A stretch of DNA of 64,000 bases from Chrysomallon squamiferum (lineage: Eukaryota; Animalia; Mollusca): NCBI GenBank assembly GCA_012295275.1, contig CM022665.1, positions 48,980,001 to 49,044,000 on the forward strand, in the 5' to 3' direction. A program made the translations under genes and the position numbers. A model generated the notes under the pieces. The model worked only from the letters and a program-made list of their open reading frames with translations, made no database searches and had not been told where the DNA came from. The stretch's first letter is position 1; the number at the start of each line of letters is the position of its first letter. Below are positions 22,432 to 37,285 of the stretch, piece after piece.

Positions 22432-25269
22432 TGTTAATAAACACTGTCAACGTTTAATATAGAAAACTTCCCCCATAGACAATATAATTAACGTAACAGA
22501 AGCAAACAGTTTTGAAAGTCTCAGTTCAGAAAATTATGTCTCTATCTAAAACACTTTATGTTTGACGATTCAAATGAAATTTTTATATGAATACAAGACT
22601 TTATATGACGAGAGGATTGTTGGCAAGTTACGAGAGAAAAGAAAGTCTCTTCTCGGAAAAACACTTTACTGGTGCTTAATGATTAAAACAAAAATATTCT
22701 TTATATGAATATGACAGGATTGTTTGCAAATTGCCAGGGAAAAGAAAAGACATTTACGTTAATTGTTTTTAATTTTCATAGAGGTCAAGGAATGATCATA
22801 TTGTTAAATTATTTAGCTTTTATTCATAACAGCAGAATAGAATAATGACAGATTTTTTGAAAATAACAATATCGACAATGTTTATAAGTTATAATGAGAA
22901 AACACTTAACCTAAATAAATGAGTCATAAATAAAAGTTTCATGTGGCTTATCGCAGTTATTATTCACTAACGCATCTACGTTGTTATAAACAAGCAGTAG
23001 TTTCCGAGAATTCAACTACATTGTTAAATTCATACTAAATGAATTAGAGGACTTTGTACACGTAGGCCTATTTCTCGGGAAATCAACAATACCAAATAGT
23101 TCTCCTTTTCTTCCTTAAAAATAATATAAAACTCAAGATTCTACACCATATCGACAATAAATTATTTATGTAATTTTGTTTTAATTCTGTTTTTTTTGCC
23201 TGCTGCTAATGGCCGCTTGGTGTGCTTGTTATCTTCTTTTTTGTTTGTTTTTTAAACCATGGCGAAGTACCAAGCTCAAAATGTTACGCTAATTTACTAT
23301 ACATTTTAGAGAAGAATCACATCAAATAAGGTTTACAAATAACTACAGTATTTATTGTTTAATAGCCATTTGAAATGAAGCGGTAGAGCCCGATTCTTGA
23401 AAAAAAACCTCGGGAAGACAACACTCCGTGGTCACCTGCAGTAATAAACATCAAAATAACAGAAGAAAAAAAAAAGAACCTATTCAGGAACGACAACTCT
23501 TATACAGAAATTATCTGATGTTCGTCGATCATTCGAAACAGGGCTCTAACATAATGTCTAACAATAGGTCTACATCTCTTAAGGTCTTCATAAAAACAAT
23601 ACTTTATTTGATAAACATATCTCTTGAAAATAATAATAATAATTAAAATACAGATCCATGGAAAATGGATTTTTGGAATTTGATGTCTTTTACACTATTA
23701 TAGATTTTTTAAAGTGTTCGTATACATCTTCATTATTTATTAATTTATTATAAAATTTTATCACTATCCATTAATCCAAAATCTATCCCACTGAAATACA
23801 CAGTTTATCCGTACAGTTTATCCGTACCAATTAATGTATTTTTAGGCTCTAGCAACAGCTTGGTGTTTACTACCTGTCACTAAGCTCAGATTGACATGCG
23901 CATTGGAAACTAAAGTTCTACGTTTTAGCATTAAAATACAATTTGCTTGCAGCATGCGGCAAAAGCGTACATCTCCGTGAAGAATAACTTGAATAAATGT
24001 TTGACAGTTATCGCAGGAACTTTAGATATTCCCTGAACAGAAATACATATATTTTCATTATTTGTCCACAACAAAAGACGAGTGGATCGTATTGATTCCA
24101 GGTTTAAAATAGAAAGTTAACTTCTTTCACTACAGATAAAGTGGTGTGACCTAACAGTGTAGTAAATTATATTTACCAATGTTTTTTCTTTTTCTTCAGT
24201 TTAATTGATTAATTAATTAATTAATTAATTTATTTATTTAGTTAATTGTTTTTCCTTTCTGATTTGTAAGAAATTGGATGGTTATAAACTGCAGGCTTTC
24301 TGTGTGTATGTGCGTGTGCATGTCTGCATATATGTGTTGGTAAATTATCTTCGGTTATCTTAATACTTTCAGTATCTTTTTATTTACTCAGATACGAAGA
24401 TGTTATAAATATACAGAAAACTGATGCAGAAACTGACCCATTGTTCACAGAACTCTAAGATCTTCATTAATAAAAACTAATGCAAATACATGTTATCGCA
24501 AAAAAACGCGTATAGTCAAAGAGACTATTCGTATTATTATTACAATTATGGCTACTAAGCGGGTAATAACTCATTGATAATAGGTAATATTATCTATCAG
24601 TCGGGAGCATGTGGGTTTAGAAGGAGCTGTAGGCAGAAGGATCTATCCTTCTAATTTCCCTTCTCAGACTGTTGCCCAATACATAAATATCATGTCATTA
24701 GCTTTCCTGTCTATGAGATGGTGCATATAGAACATTTCTATACACCTAATCAACTACAACTGGTTTCTTTTCGTATGACACTCAAACATAATTCTTACAT
24801 TACGCAATAAGCACGCAGATGAAAAGATCTTGTCAGCGTTGTTAAATAAAACATTTCTATATTTCACACTGTAGGCGATGAGATATAGTTCTTTTTTGTA
24901 TCTCGAACATTTATCAGAAAATATTGTTTTACATGCAACAGAAATATATAGAGAAAGCTGATGATTTTTATCTCTTTCTATAGTTATCTGGGAAAACAAA
25001 ACACATTAACAAATGTACGTGTTTACATACATACACACCACATACAACACACATAGGACAAATATAAATTAGATCTTTAGAAATACATCAACTCAGAAGT
25101 TATTATAACAACATGTAGGACATACACATGTAAGACGATAAGAGTTGTCGCCCTTCGTTCACTGCAACATGTTGTGAATCCTGTGTACTTGAATGTGTAT
25201 GGATCTATGTGTGTTAGTGTCTATGTCTAAGTTTGTAGGTGTAGATGTATCCATATATCTATCTTCTGT

Positions 25270-25337
25270 CTGTCTTTATGTATGTATATATGTACATCCA
25301 GACGTCCAGACATACAGACAAAGAGTGAGAGAGAGAC

Positions 25338-25389
<52 letters not shown>

Positions 25390-25556
25390 CGAGAGAGAGA
25401 GACTGCAAACATATATTCATGTTTACATACAGACATATATATATACATACATATATACATACATACACACTTACATACGGTACGTCTATACCTATATGTT
25501 TGCAGATATCTATGTGTATGGATGAGGTTACGTCTGAATGTATGTCTATATTATGG

Positions 25557-25595
<39 letters not shown>

Positions 25596-25600
25596 AACAA
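25270..25600. repeat. (AG)n, (ATAC)n and (CA)n microsatellite cluster
   Basis: Direct inspection. Confidence 0.9.
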
Positions 25601-25957
25601 GAATGTATGGGAATATGGATTTAGTGGATATGTATATATGTGTCCATATGTATAAGTGTACGTGTCAATGTTCATATTCAGAATGGATTTAGAGACAGTG
25701 AACAAATAAATGAATGAATAAATAAATAAATAAAATGACAATATGTCAGTTAACAACAACAACAACATAATAATAATAATAATAAATAAATATATATATA
25801 CAAATAAAGAACAATAATTAAAAAAATGTTTTTCTTTACACAGTTCTAATAATTAATATAATAAATACTTTTCCAAACATTATATATATTAAAATATTGC
25901 GCGATATATTGATTTTAATTGTGCACTAATGATATGTTAATTTTGCATACATACATT

Positions 25958-25989
<32 letters not shown>

Positions 25990-26684
25990 AATACATATAT
26001 ACATATATTAAAATCAAGCAGATTAAATGTACAAATATAAAACAATTTTGCATTCAATCAAATATAAGTGGATAGGTTCGAACATCAAAGATATGCAGAG
26101 AAAGAAATAATAAAAGAAATAAAACAAGGTACACAGAAAAACTAAAGCTAAAACTTAAATTAAATATTCCATGATGGTTTCTCCTTTGAAGCTACATAAA
26201 TTTAGATTATGAAAATGTGTTTTATTTTATCCTTTATTTTCTTTTCTCTTTCACACATTTATTTTATTTTATTTTATTTTGTTTTATTTAATTATTATAA
26301 TTATTATTAAATTCAAAATTATATTTATGCATTTATATGTTAACGACATCTGAAATATTCTTGCGGTACAATGAATCTCTTTTAAAATGTATTTAAATAC
26401 TTAAGGAACTTAATTTTGCTTTTAAATTATGAAATGAAAACTAAGCCTCTTTCGCCAATACGACCCACAAATGCGGGTTTTCTTTAGCCAACTGACATCA
26501 TTTGATAGTTGACAAGTTATTCATATAGTATGAAACCGAATTTAAACGAAAAATAACGAGGACAGATCTGAAGAAAAGTGAAAGTTGATTTTTTTCATAG
26601 AACTGCGTTAACAGTAAAACAAAAAACAAACAAACAAACAAACAAAACACAAAACATTATCTCTATTGTTCCAGCATTTTTCTT

Positions 26685-26806
26685 TGTTGTTGTTGTTGTT
26701 TCTATTATCATTATCATCATCATCATCATCACTGCTGTTGTTGCTGTTGTTGTTTGTTGTTCTTGCTGTTGTTATTCTTCTTCTTCTCCTTCTTCTCCTT
26801 CTTCTT

Positions 26807-26837
<31 letters not shown>

Positions 26838-26890
26838 TTATTATTATTATTACTATTGTTGTTGTTGTTGCCGTTGTCATTATTGTCATT
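26685..26890. repeat. Compound trinucleotide microsatellite (TTG/ATC/TTC/TAT)
   Basis: Direct inspection. Confidence 0.9.
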
Positions 26891-27960
26891 AGAACAACAA
26901 TACATATTTTAGTATTAGCAACTATTTCAACAGACTGAACATCACTGACAGTATATCTATGTGACACTAGTGTCATCTGCATGCTGAAATAATAAAGATT
27001 TAAATTCATTTGTTATTATAATTCCATTCAATCAGTTTCTTTTTTTAATTAAATTATTGAAGGGTTCAGCTACAATATAAATGAAATCGACTAATACTGA
27101 AGAAAGGTGTTAAATATGCATTAATCTTGACATAACTTTTATAGAGTATTCTAATCCACGTTATGAATATATCACCGAAATTTAATTTTTTCAAAATGTT
27201 TAAAATAAAACTATGTGACATTCTTTTTCTTGATCAGTTTTAACAATATACCCTTCATATTATTTAACTCAGCAATATCTGTAACATCCCTTACTGATAT
27301 AATATTATCAGTAACATCTCTTCCTTTTACACAACAGGTTTGTTCTGATGAAATAATACTTCTAATAACCTGTTTAAGACGATTTGCAAGAACTTTAGAA
27401 ATAATTTTATAATCTACGTTTAAAAAACGAATAGGTCTGAAATTTTTAAGGTCTGCTTTATCTCCTTTTTGTTGTAAGACTAATTACTTCTTTTTTCATA
27501 CAACTTGACAATATTTCTTTTTTTTTGAATTGACACTACTATTTGATGAAACAAATTTTTCAAATATTCCCAGAATTTAACATAAAATTCAGCAGTTAGA
27601 CCATCCATTCCAAGTGATTTATTTCTATGCATTTCTTTTAAAGCATTCTTTAATTCGTTAATTGTAATGTCTTTCTCACAGTTTTCAATTTCAGATTCCT
27701 TTAGTTTATTTGATTATTGAATTTATTATTTCTTCCTGTTTAATAACATCCACGTTTTCTTGACTATATGATTTAAAATAAAATTCATAAGCTTTTTCTA
27801 ATATATCTTCCTTTTTTTTAGTTAACCATCATTTACTGTTTTTAGTTCTTTAATAGAATTTGATTCCCGTTTTGATTTTTCTAAACTGAGAAAAACGACG
27901 CATATATCCGTATCTAGATTCCATTGCGCTTTAAATCTTAAAACAAAACTTTTACACATA
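26890..27960 (-). mobile_element. Tx1 ORF2 RT fragments, inverted, degenerate
   Basis: Reverse complement matches the FQHADD, SSEQTCCVKGRD, NFRPI and KSLGMDGL regions of 35850-36850. Confidence 0.85.
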
Positions 27961-30731
27961 CATTTTTTAACTAAAACTTTTCTACTATATGTAACTCAAT
28001 CATTTACTGTTCTATAACATTTTCACCAGTTTGAGATCTGGTAAACTGTCTCTTATCTGGATTTCTGTATCGCCAGATATAAACTAAATTAAAATTATAA
28101 ATAACTGATTGTAATACTTTACTACATTTCATACAGAAAGTTTTATTTTTAATACTTTAATCTAAAGCAGTATTGTACATATGTATAATATTTGTGTGTG
28201 TGTTTTTGTGTGTGTGTGTGTGTGTGCGCGCGCGCGTACATATACATGTATGTATGTATGTTAGGCCAACCAACAATTAACCGTTTAGTAGTTATTTTCT
28301 TTACTTTTTTTTGTCCACTTACTGACGTCAAATTGCTATATGATACACCTAAAATAATGTACTGCACCTGACTTAATTTTATAAAACAGTGACCGGGTGC
28401 ACTCAAAGCGTGACTAAACAGAAAAATATGTTTCGCTTCGCCTTGGTAAGCAAACAGAATGTAAGCGTCAAAATGTTCTGTTCACAGATATGTAGGATGC
28501 TCTCTGACCCCTTCTCGCATTAATACGTAGAAACAACAAAATATAAAAACTGGTATTTCAAAAAGACGAGTAGATGTGAAATTCGATACCTTTCTCAACG
28601 TTGTATATTTTGCGTCATGGAGACCTGTTTTAAATCCGGGTGTTACAGATCTTGTTTCTTCTTTTCTTTATTGTGCACGTTCAAGTTGGTTGGAGCAAGG
28701 GACTGCTTCACTATACTCGTAGAGGAGGGGCACAGGGCCGGTTCCTGGGATTCAGTGGTTTTAAGATGATGAAAAAATGCTATATTTTTGTTTTGTTATT
28801 TCTTTCTTCTTTTTTTTTAAATTATTTATTTTTCATTTGTTCCGTTTGCTTTTTCAACATTCTAAAACTTTGTAATCTATAACCAGCGTGATAAAAATAA
28901 AACTTTGAATCATCACTCTAAAATAAATTTACAATGCACACACACACAGACGTATAAAGGAGCTTACATGAACAACAACAATAATAACACCTTCAACAAT
29001 TATAATAATCCTATGTGTCTGCGTTTCTGTGTGTATGTATGTATGTATGTGTGTGTATCTTTTTTAATTAATAATTTGTAAGAATTAACTTGAATTCAGT
29101 ATAAATTATTATAACAAAAATACTTTTCATGATATATAATATATATTCTTATGTTTTTCAATGGGTTTCTTTATTTCTTTTTCTTTCTTTCTTTATTAAT
29201 TTTAATATTCACTAATTTTTTTTTTAATAAATAATTTGTAAGAACTAACTTGAATTCAGTATAAATTATTATAACAAAAATACTTATCATGATATATAAA
29301 AGTATTTTTGTTATAATAATTTATACTGAATTCAAGTTAGTTCTTACAAATTAATTATTCATGATATATAATATATATTAACATAACCGTTCAAAGAAAT
29401 TTACATTATCTGAGAACGTGACTTCAAATTACCCAGCCAAAAATAGATACCCACTGATCACGCAATAACAAATGTCAAGGACTTTAACTTTATGCTTGTA
29501 TGCCTCTATAATCTATCATTGTACTTGGAAAACAATTTAGTACAATTTCAACTTAAAGTTTGGTTTATTTATTTATTGGAAACAGAAAACATGTATAATA
29601 TTTTTGAAAATAACGACATATCAAATATTTCGTATGATATAATGCTAAAAGCATGAACGGTGATGTTTTCACAGGAAATAAAGAAAAACAGACACAAAAT
29701 CAAAACAAAAACAAATAAAACAACAAACAAACAAACAAACAAACAAACAACATAAAATCAGCAGAAATGAGGTGGATTTTCATAAATAAATCTCTCCTCT
29801 AACCCCTGTTTTAATCAAATACTACGATTGTACAAAGACAGTAAGGTATGGAGATATCATCTAACAGCAGGCATCAATGCATTATATACAGTTTTTAGAC
29901 AATATTTATTATGAATGACTCATTAAGACATAGACTGAAGTCGTTGCAGGCCATTTTAGAAAAAGTTCAAAGATATGTTGTTTCTTTTTCGATTACTAAA
30001 GATTTGTTAAAATGGACCGAAATGAAATGAACTGAAATTTATGATATGAAACAACTTAAAAATATTTGTAAAATTTATAGTTTATTGTATCAAACATTCT
30101 ATGGATAGGTTATAATAATTTTTGGAAATAGTCGACAAAATATTGGATTTAAAGCAATATGCCCAGGCAGTGTAATGTCGAAAAAAAAATTCTAAATTGT
30201 TTATGGGTGAAGAAAATCTGAAGGCATACAACATGTTTTCTCTAATTCTCTTAGTACTATCCAGGGCAAAGTCAGACTTTTTTTTCATGTTATAAAGTCT
30301 GCCCATTGATTTAGTCCTGATTTAATACGTTTCACTGTTTATATAATAATTATGTGATTACAAAAGTGTTCACAATCATCAAAGCTGATGTTGTCCTATA
30401 TTTCATCTTACATTTCAGCCATTAAACTTATAATATTATGTTCAACACTGAAATCTACTTCCATACTTTCAAGAATGTTAAATTTCAGAAAAAAGTATTT
30501 TTTTTCCCCATATTTTACTCCATTTAAATTTAAAAGCTTACTGATCCTAAGATTTCGTGGAAATTGGATTATTAAGAAATGTTGATCTCATAACATCGTA
30601 ATATCTTTTAGCATCTAACTTTTAAAATGATATCTTATGATTGAAAACATTACATTACCCTTTTTCGACACACAAAGACTGACGTGCATACAGATTTGAC
30701 TGAGAAAATAATAATCCCAGATAATGTCATT

Positions 30732-31386
30732 TTAAGACACAACGCATTTTGATCTGCTCTCCCTTGTTAACGTGTAGATAAATTCATCCTCGTTCGAAGA
30801 ACAGGTCAGCTTGTAGTGCCCATGTGTTTCACTTTTCGTGGAGTCGTCTTTGAGACTATCCAAAGCATTTCGTAGCGGCTGTTGATCACCAATACGGATG
30901 GAATGTCTGTAATTCCCAGTTAATGGATTTTTAAAAGCTAAATAACAATAAAGCTGTTTTGTGCCAACTCGAAATTCCAGAGAGCCCTCTACACCCGCTG
31001 AACCTTCAGCATTGATGCTTAAATGACTGTTTGATTTAATATCCATTTTTGTTTTACGTATCGAACCTTGAAGGAATTTCTCTGAAGAGAAGGACATTTT
31101 CTTCCTCGTTTTGTTACGGATTGTGATTTTCACAGATCGTGCAGCCATCTTCTTAGCAACATTTTGAACCTGTTCATTGCTGTAAGGAAAACATGTTTGA
31201 AAAAGTTATACATCTACTCGAAAAAAAGGAAGCAAACAAAAACCAAACAACCAAAATGAAACTAAAGTTATTGCGATTCGGAATTACAGTAATTATTTTG
31301 ACATATTTGACTCAGAACTGACTTTTTAAGGGAACCAACCTTACGACTGACCATAAGCTTGCCGCAGCTGCCAACATAGTGGCCAT
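30732..31386 (-). CDS. Actinoporin/aegerolysin-like CaaX protein, subfamily B, 164 aa (exons 31386-31340 and 31179-30732)
   Basis: MATMLAAAASLWSVVS-NEQVQNVAKKMAARSVKITIRNKT...GSAGVEGSLEF...LAFKNPLTG...RESRSKCVVS*; 495 nt in frame. Confidence 0.78.
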
Positions 31387-31738
31387 AATAAACACTGTCA
31401 ACGTTTAATATAGATAACTTCTACCACAGATAATATAATTAACTAAACAGAGGCAAATAGCCTTGAAAATCTCAGTTCAGAAATTTATGTCTTTGTCTAA
31501 ACCACTTTATGTGTGTTTGAGGATTCAGATGACTTTTTAATATGAATACGAGACTTTATATGAAGACAGGGTTGTTGGCAAGTTACCAGCGAAAAGCAAG
31601 GTCTGTTATCGGAAAACACTTTATTTGTGCTTAATGACTGAAACCAAAATATTCTTTGTATGATCATAATTGTTGGTAAGCTGCCAGAGAAAAGAAAAGA
31701 CATTCACCTTAGCCTTTTTAAAGTCTCTTAAAGAAATG

Positions 31739-31741
<3 letters not shown>

Positions 31742-31807
<66 letters not shown>

Positions 31808-31967
31808 CACACACACACTCTTTGTCTCTGTGTCTGGATGTGTTTGCGTCTGTGTGTGTATGTGTAATCACATAGGTACCTGCAAACATACAGATATGGA
31901 AATACGTGTGTAAGTATCTATGTATGTACACATATATGTATGCCTGTACACATGAATGTTTGTTTGT

Positions 31968-32050
<83 letters not shown>
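31742..32050. repeat. (CT)n microsatellites (others at ~17035, ~20530 and ~42452)
   Basis: Direct inspection. Confidence 0.9.
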
Positions 32051-32054
<4 letters not shown>

Positions 32055-32924
32055 ATCTGTGTGTCTGTCTATCTACCAATATGTATGTATGTGTATTTAT
32101 TTGTGTGGGGGTGTCGTGAATTAAATGCTATCTGTAAGTCAAGGTATAATCACAACAGATAACCAGTCGACTTGCTATTATTAAATGTTGTTAAATTATT
32201 TGCTTTGTGTTCATAACAGCAGAGTACAGCATGAACGGATTTTTTGAAAATAATGATAACAATAACAGTAATGAAAAGTATTTATAAAACAAAAGATAGG
32301 TACACCATATCGACAATGTGCCTAAGTTTATATATGTATATGTAATGTCAAAGCAATTAACCTTCATAAACAAGCCATGAGAAAATATATGCTATAGTCA
32401 CGTAGCAGTTCCCGAGAAAAAAACAAAAATAAAAATAAATAAGATCCATGGAAAATTCATTTCATAAAAACAATGTCTCTTACATGCAATTATAGATATC
32501 TTAAAAAGTTATCTTTTTCCATTTCAGACTGGTTTTCTTTTAATTGCTATAGAATACATTTTCATTTTGACAGTTAAAAAAACAACAACAAAAATAGCGA
32601 TAGCATTGCTACTGTAAATATATTTTGTAAAGTGTTCGTAAATATCTTTATTATTTATTATAAAACTTTATCACTAGCCATTAATGTAAACTTCGAGTTA
32701 TATCCCACTGAAACACACAGTTTCAAACTAACTATCCGTTTCAATTAAATATCTGAAAATCTAATTATGAAACCAAAATACTATCAGCGCAATACAAAGT
32801 TTCAAGACATTTATATATTAAAAGTAAAAAATCACATGCACATATTATTTGATAATAATCCAGCTGAAGTCCACTACTGATTACTATTCTCTTGTGATTA
32901 CCCATCCGACTTATATAAATCATA

Positions 32925-33830
32925 AAAGGGGTAATTAGTCTTTTTTACAAGAAAAAAAGGAGAAAAAGCAGACCTTGAAAATTTCAGACCTATCAGTCTT
33001 TTGAATGTAGATTATATAATTATTTCTTTAGTTCTTCCTTATCGTCTAAAACAAGTAATGTCAACTATTATTTCATCAGAACAAAGCTGTTGTGTAAAAG
33101 GAAGAGATGTTGCTGATAATATTGTGTCAGTAAGGGATGCTATAGATATTGCTGAGCTAAATAATATTGAAGATATAGATTGTTAAAATTGATCGAGAGA
33201 AAGCTTTTGACAGAGTGTCACATAGTTTTATTTTAAAAGTTCTGAAAAAAAAATCAATTTTGGTGTTAAATTTATATCGTGGATTAAAATACTCTATAAC
33301 AATATAAAAAAAGATTGTGTCAAGATTAATGGACATTTAATACTTTTCTTCAGTATTACAAGAGGTGTTAGACAAGGATGTCCAATATCAGTGATACTTT
33401 ATGTTATTGTAGCTGAACCCTTAAATAATTTAATTAAAAAAAGACATAGCATGAATGGAATTAGAATAACAAATGAATTTAATTCTTTATTATTTCAGCA
33501 TGCAGATGATACTACTGTAACTGTCTGCGACTGGAAATGTAAATTAGATACTGTTAGTAATTTAATTATTTTATGTTGTCAAAGGAAACTAACTTTACAA
33601 TAAAAAACAGAAGTATGGAATATTTTATCAACATCTAGACTGTGTTATACCACTAGCGCAATAAATGTACCAAACTGGGTAGAAAACGAAATTTACAAGT
33701 TATTTTGTAAATTTATGTGGAAAGTTAAAACATCTTTAATAAAATATTGAACAATAATTGGAAATAAAAAAATTGGTGGGCTAAATAATCAAGAAATTTC
33801 GTTAAAGAAAATGGCTTTTCGTGTTAAAAT
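32925..33830 (+). mobile_element. Tx1 ORF2 RT fragment, degenerate
   Basis: NFRPISLLNVDY, EKAFDRV, RGVRQGCPIS and FQHADD motifs interrupted by stops and frameshifts. Confidence 0.9.
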
Positions 33831-34161
33831 ACTATGCAGCAACAGCTTGGTGTTGTCAAGAGCTTGGTGCGAAAGTGGACCTTTTTCATTCAAGACGACG
33901 ATTAGGGTGGCGTCGAGTGTGGACGTGTTTCACATCGGCTCCCATGATTGCAGAAATTGATGAAGTAGAATTGAAAGGACTAAAAATGAAGGCAAGAATG
34001 TTTAAATTTGAAACTATTGTTGTTTCGTTTTCACACTTGCCTGCATACAGAAGTGATTAAAAAAAAAGTATTTACCTTATTCGATGAATTTAGGACATTT
34101 GAAGGAATAGAATATTTTCGTGTGTTACACGACAATCAAATAAGAGTAATGTTACAAATGT

Positions 34162-34761
34162 ATGGCTGACAATCATTTATTGAAGGTCTGCCCAGATATA
34201 ACATGTCATAATTGCAAACAAAAAGGATATTTTCCTAGAAATTGCCCGAAAATGTTTCTGTCTGAAAAGTGTGGAAACAAAGAAGATGAATGTGAATGTT
34301 GGACAGTGTACTGCAGCGATGACGAGAAAAACAGCGACAGTGACAGTGATGGTATGAAATATACTAAAGATGTAAAATCAAAGGAGAAGAAAGAAAGTGA
34401 AGCAGAAAGTATCCAGAAGATAAATACAACAGAAATGAAAATCAAAAAGGAAAAACAAAAATCGGAAAATGGAGAAAAACCAGAAAAATCCTCTGATAAA
34501 AACACCACAGTGAAAAATACTAACAAGGAAGCTGAAACCATCGAAGCAGAAAATAGTAAGCAGAGTAAAACAACGCGTCGAACGAGATTGATCAAGCGTC
34601 CATCAGAAGAAAAACTGTGGAGCTTAGTAGAAAATAGAAAACAAAAACAGAGACAAGCAGCGCGCATGAAAAGTGTGAGAGAAAGTGTTGACAGGGTGAT
34701 CAACGAGTATGGTGGGGGGGAATATAGACAAGATGTAGAACATTTTAAAAATGGGTTATAG
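34162..34761 (+). CDS. Tx1 ORF1 C-terminal remnant (CCHC knuckles, charged tail)
   Basis: ORF track 199 aa. Confidence 0.7.
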   Translation: MADNHLLKVCPDITCHNCKQKGYFPRNCPKMFLSEKCGNKEDECECWTVYCSDDEKNSDSDSDGMKYTKDVKSKEKKESEAESIQKINTTEMKIKKEKQKSENGEKPEKSSDKNTTVKNTNKEAETIEAENSKQSKTTRRTRLIKRPSEEKLWSLVENRKQKQRQAARMKSVRESVDRVINEYGGGEYRQDVEHFKNGL

Positions 34762-34786
34762 TTTTCTAATTTTTCTAATTCTAATT

Positions 34787-36632
34787 ATGATCTTGTCTAT
34801 AAATGTAAACGGACTGAGAGATATTGAGAAATTAAATTCAGTTTTTGCAACATTTAAAAGTAAACATGCAAATATTATTTTTCTACAGGAAACATTTTGG
34901 GATAATGACTTCACTGAGAGATATAAGCATTTATGGGAAGGAAATATATTTAATAATAATTGTCCAAATAATAAAAAAGAAGGGTGTAGCAATACTGGTA
35001 TCAAAAGAATGTCCTTATAAGTTTACATTTAATAGTTGCGACACAGAAGGCAGGATTTTAAAAATTAATACGAAAATAGATGAAGAAGAATACAGTTTTA
35101 TAAATGTATATGCACCAAATAATATTGAAGAAAGAATTTTATTTTTTAAAGGATTATGTAAGTTTGTGGATTTAAAAAATACAATAATGGCAGGAGATTT
35201 TAATGAAATTTTAGATCCTAATTTAGATTTGGGCATTAATAATAAAACTTTCAATATGAAAAGTAGTAATGAATTACAGTCAGTTATTTTTAATTATAAT
35301 TTAGTTGATATTTGGCGACACAGAAATCCAGATAAAAGGCAATTTACTAGATCTCAAATAGTTGAAAAAACTATAAAACAGTCAAGAATTGATTTATTCT
35401 TAATTTCTAGAAATTTATTGCAGTTTATAAGTAATGTATACATATCCTATACCTCGGTTAGTGATCACAATTTTTTATCACTTAAAATAGATTTTTCTCA
35501 TGTAGAGAGAGGTCAAGGTATTTGGATCTTTAATAATGAATTGTTGAAAGATGAAAGTTTTTGTAAAGCTATTATTGAAGTTATTAATAATGCTTCTGAG
35601 TGTCCTTTGTTACAGACTGAACCTAGTGTTTGGTGGGACAACTTAAAATATAAAATGAAAACATGTGCAAGAAATTTTGCAATAAAAAAGAGAAAATCAG
35701 ATAACGAAAAATATTATAATATACAAAATGCTTTGAAACGAGAATATGCTAAACTAGCTGTAAATAATCATCATGATTTGAGTAACATACAAATTTTAGA
35801 AGAAAAATTAAAATTAATTGAGAGATCTAAATGTAATGGTGCTATTTTGAGATCTAAAGCTCATTGGAATCTAGATATGGATAGAAATACCACATTTTTT
35901 CTCAGTTTAGAAAAATCAAAACAAGAATCAAATTCTATTAAAGAGCTAAAAACAGTAAATGGATTAACAAGAAAAACGGAAGATATATTACAATATGCTT
36001 ATGACTTTTATTCAAAATTATTTACACAAGAAAATGTAGATATTATTAAACAGGAAGAAATAATAAATTTAATATCAAATAAACTAAAGGAATCTGAAAG
36101 TGAAAACTGTGAGAAAGACATTACAATTGAAGAATTAACTGAAGCTTCAAAAGAAATGAATAGAAATAAATCACCTGGTTTGGATGGTCTAACAGTAGAA
36201 TTTTATGTTAAATTCTGGGAAAATTTCAAAAATTTCTTTCATAAAGTAGTTATGTCTATTCAGAAAGAAGAAATGTTGTCACGTAGTATGAAAAAAGGAG
36301 TAATTAGTTTGTTTTACAAGAAAAAAGGAGATAAAGCAGACCTAAAAAATTTCAGACCTATCAGCCTTTTAAATGTAGATTATAAAATTATTGCTAAAGT
36401 TTTTGCAATTCGTCTTAAACAGGTTATGAGAACTAATATTTCTTCAGAACAAACCTCTTGTGTTAAAGGAAGAGATATTGCTGACTACATTATGTCAGTA
36501 AAAGATTTTATAGATATTGTCGAGTTAAACAATATTGAAGTGTATATAGTTAAAACTGATCAAGAGAAAGCTTTGGATGGAGTGTCAGCTAAGGTTTATT
36601 TTAAGAGATTTGAAAAACTTCTATTTTGGTGA
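34787..36632 (+). pseudogene. Tx1 ORF2 (APE endonuclease and RT), frameshifted near 34980 and 36590
   Basis: ORFs 34751-35020 and 34845-36632 together give the endonuclease-RT reading frame. Confidence 0.9.
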
Positions 36633-36859
36633 TAGTTTTATAACGACGATTAAAATACTATGTAATAATATAAAAAGTTGTGTAAAAATGAATGGACATT
36701 TAACACCTTTCTTCAATATACAACAGGTGTTAGACATGCATGTCCAATATCAGTGATGCTTTATGGTATTGTCGCTGAACCCTTAAATAATTTAATTAAA
36801 AAGAGAAACAGCATGAATGGAATTAGAATAACAAATGAATTTAATTCTTTATTACTTCA

Positions 36860-37285
36860 TGTAAAATAGACGAATTACCCCTTTTTTCAAATATTCCCAG
36901 AATTTAACATAAAATTCAGCAGCTAGACCATCCATACCAGGTGATTTATTGCTAGTCATTTCTTTTAAAACATCCTTTAATTCTTTAGTTGTAATGTCTT
37001 TCTCTCAGTTTTCAATTTCAGATTCCTTTATTTTATTTGATTATTGAATTTATTATTTCTTCCCGTTTAATAACATCCACGTTTTCTTGTCTATATAATT
37101 TAAAATAAAATTCAAAAGCTTTTTCTAACATATCTTCCGTTTTTCTAGTTAACCATCATTTACTGTTTTTAGTTCTTCAATAGAATTTGATTCCCGGTTT
37201 GATTTTTCTAAACTGAGAAAAACGACATATCTATCCGTATCTAGATTCCACTGCGCTTTAGATCTTAAAACAAAACCTTTACACA
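36860..37285 (-). mobile_element. Tx1 ORF2 fragment, inverted
   Basis: Near-identical to 10920-11320. Confidence 0.85.

Larger units (their letters stand above)
33910..36856 (+). mobile_element. Tx1-clade LINE: 5' UTR, partly deleted ORF1 (zinc knuckles), ORF2 APE endonuclease and RT N-terminus; 3'-truncated
   Basis: ORF1 CYKCMADNHLLKVC/CHNCKQKG..PRNC. ORF2 SINVNGL, FLQET, NVYAPN, AGDFN, SRIDLF, SDH, KSPGLDGL, NFRPISLLNVDYK. Confidence 0.93.
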
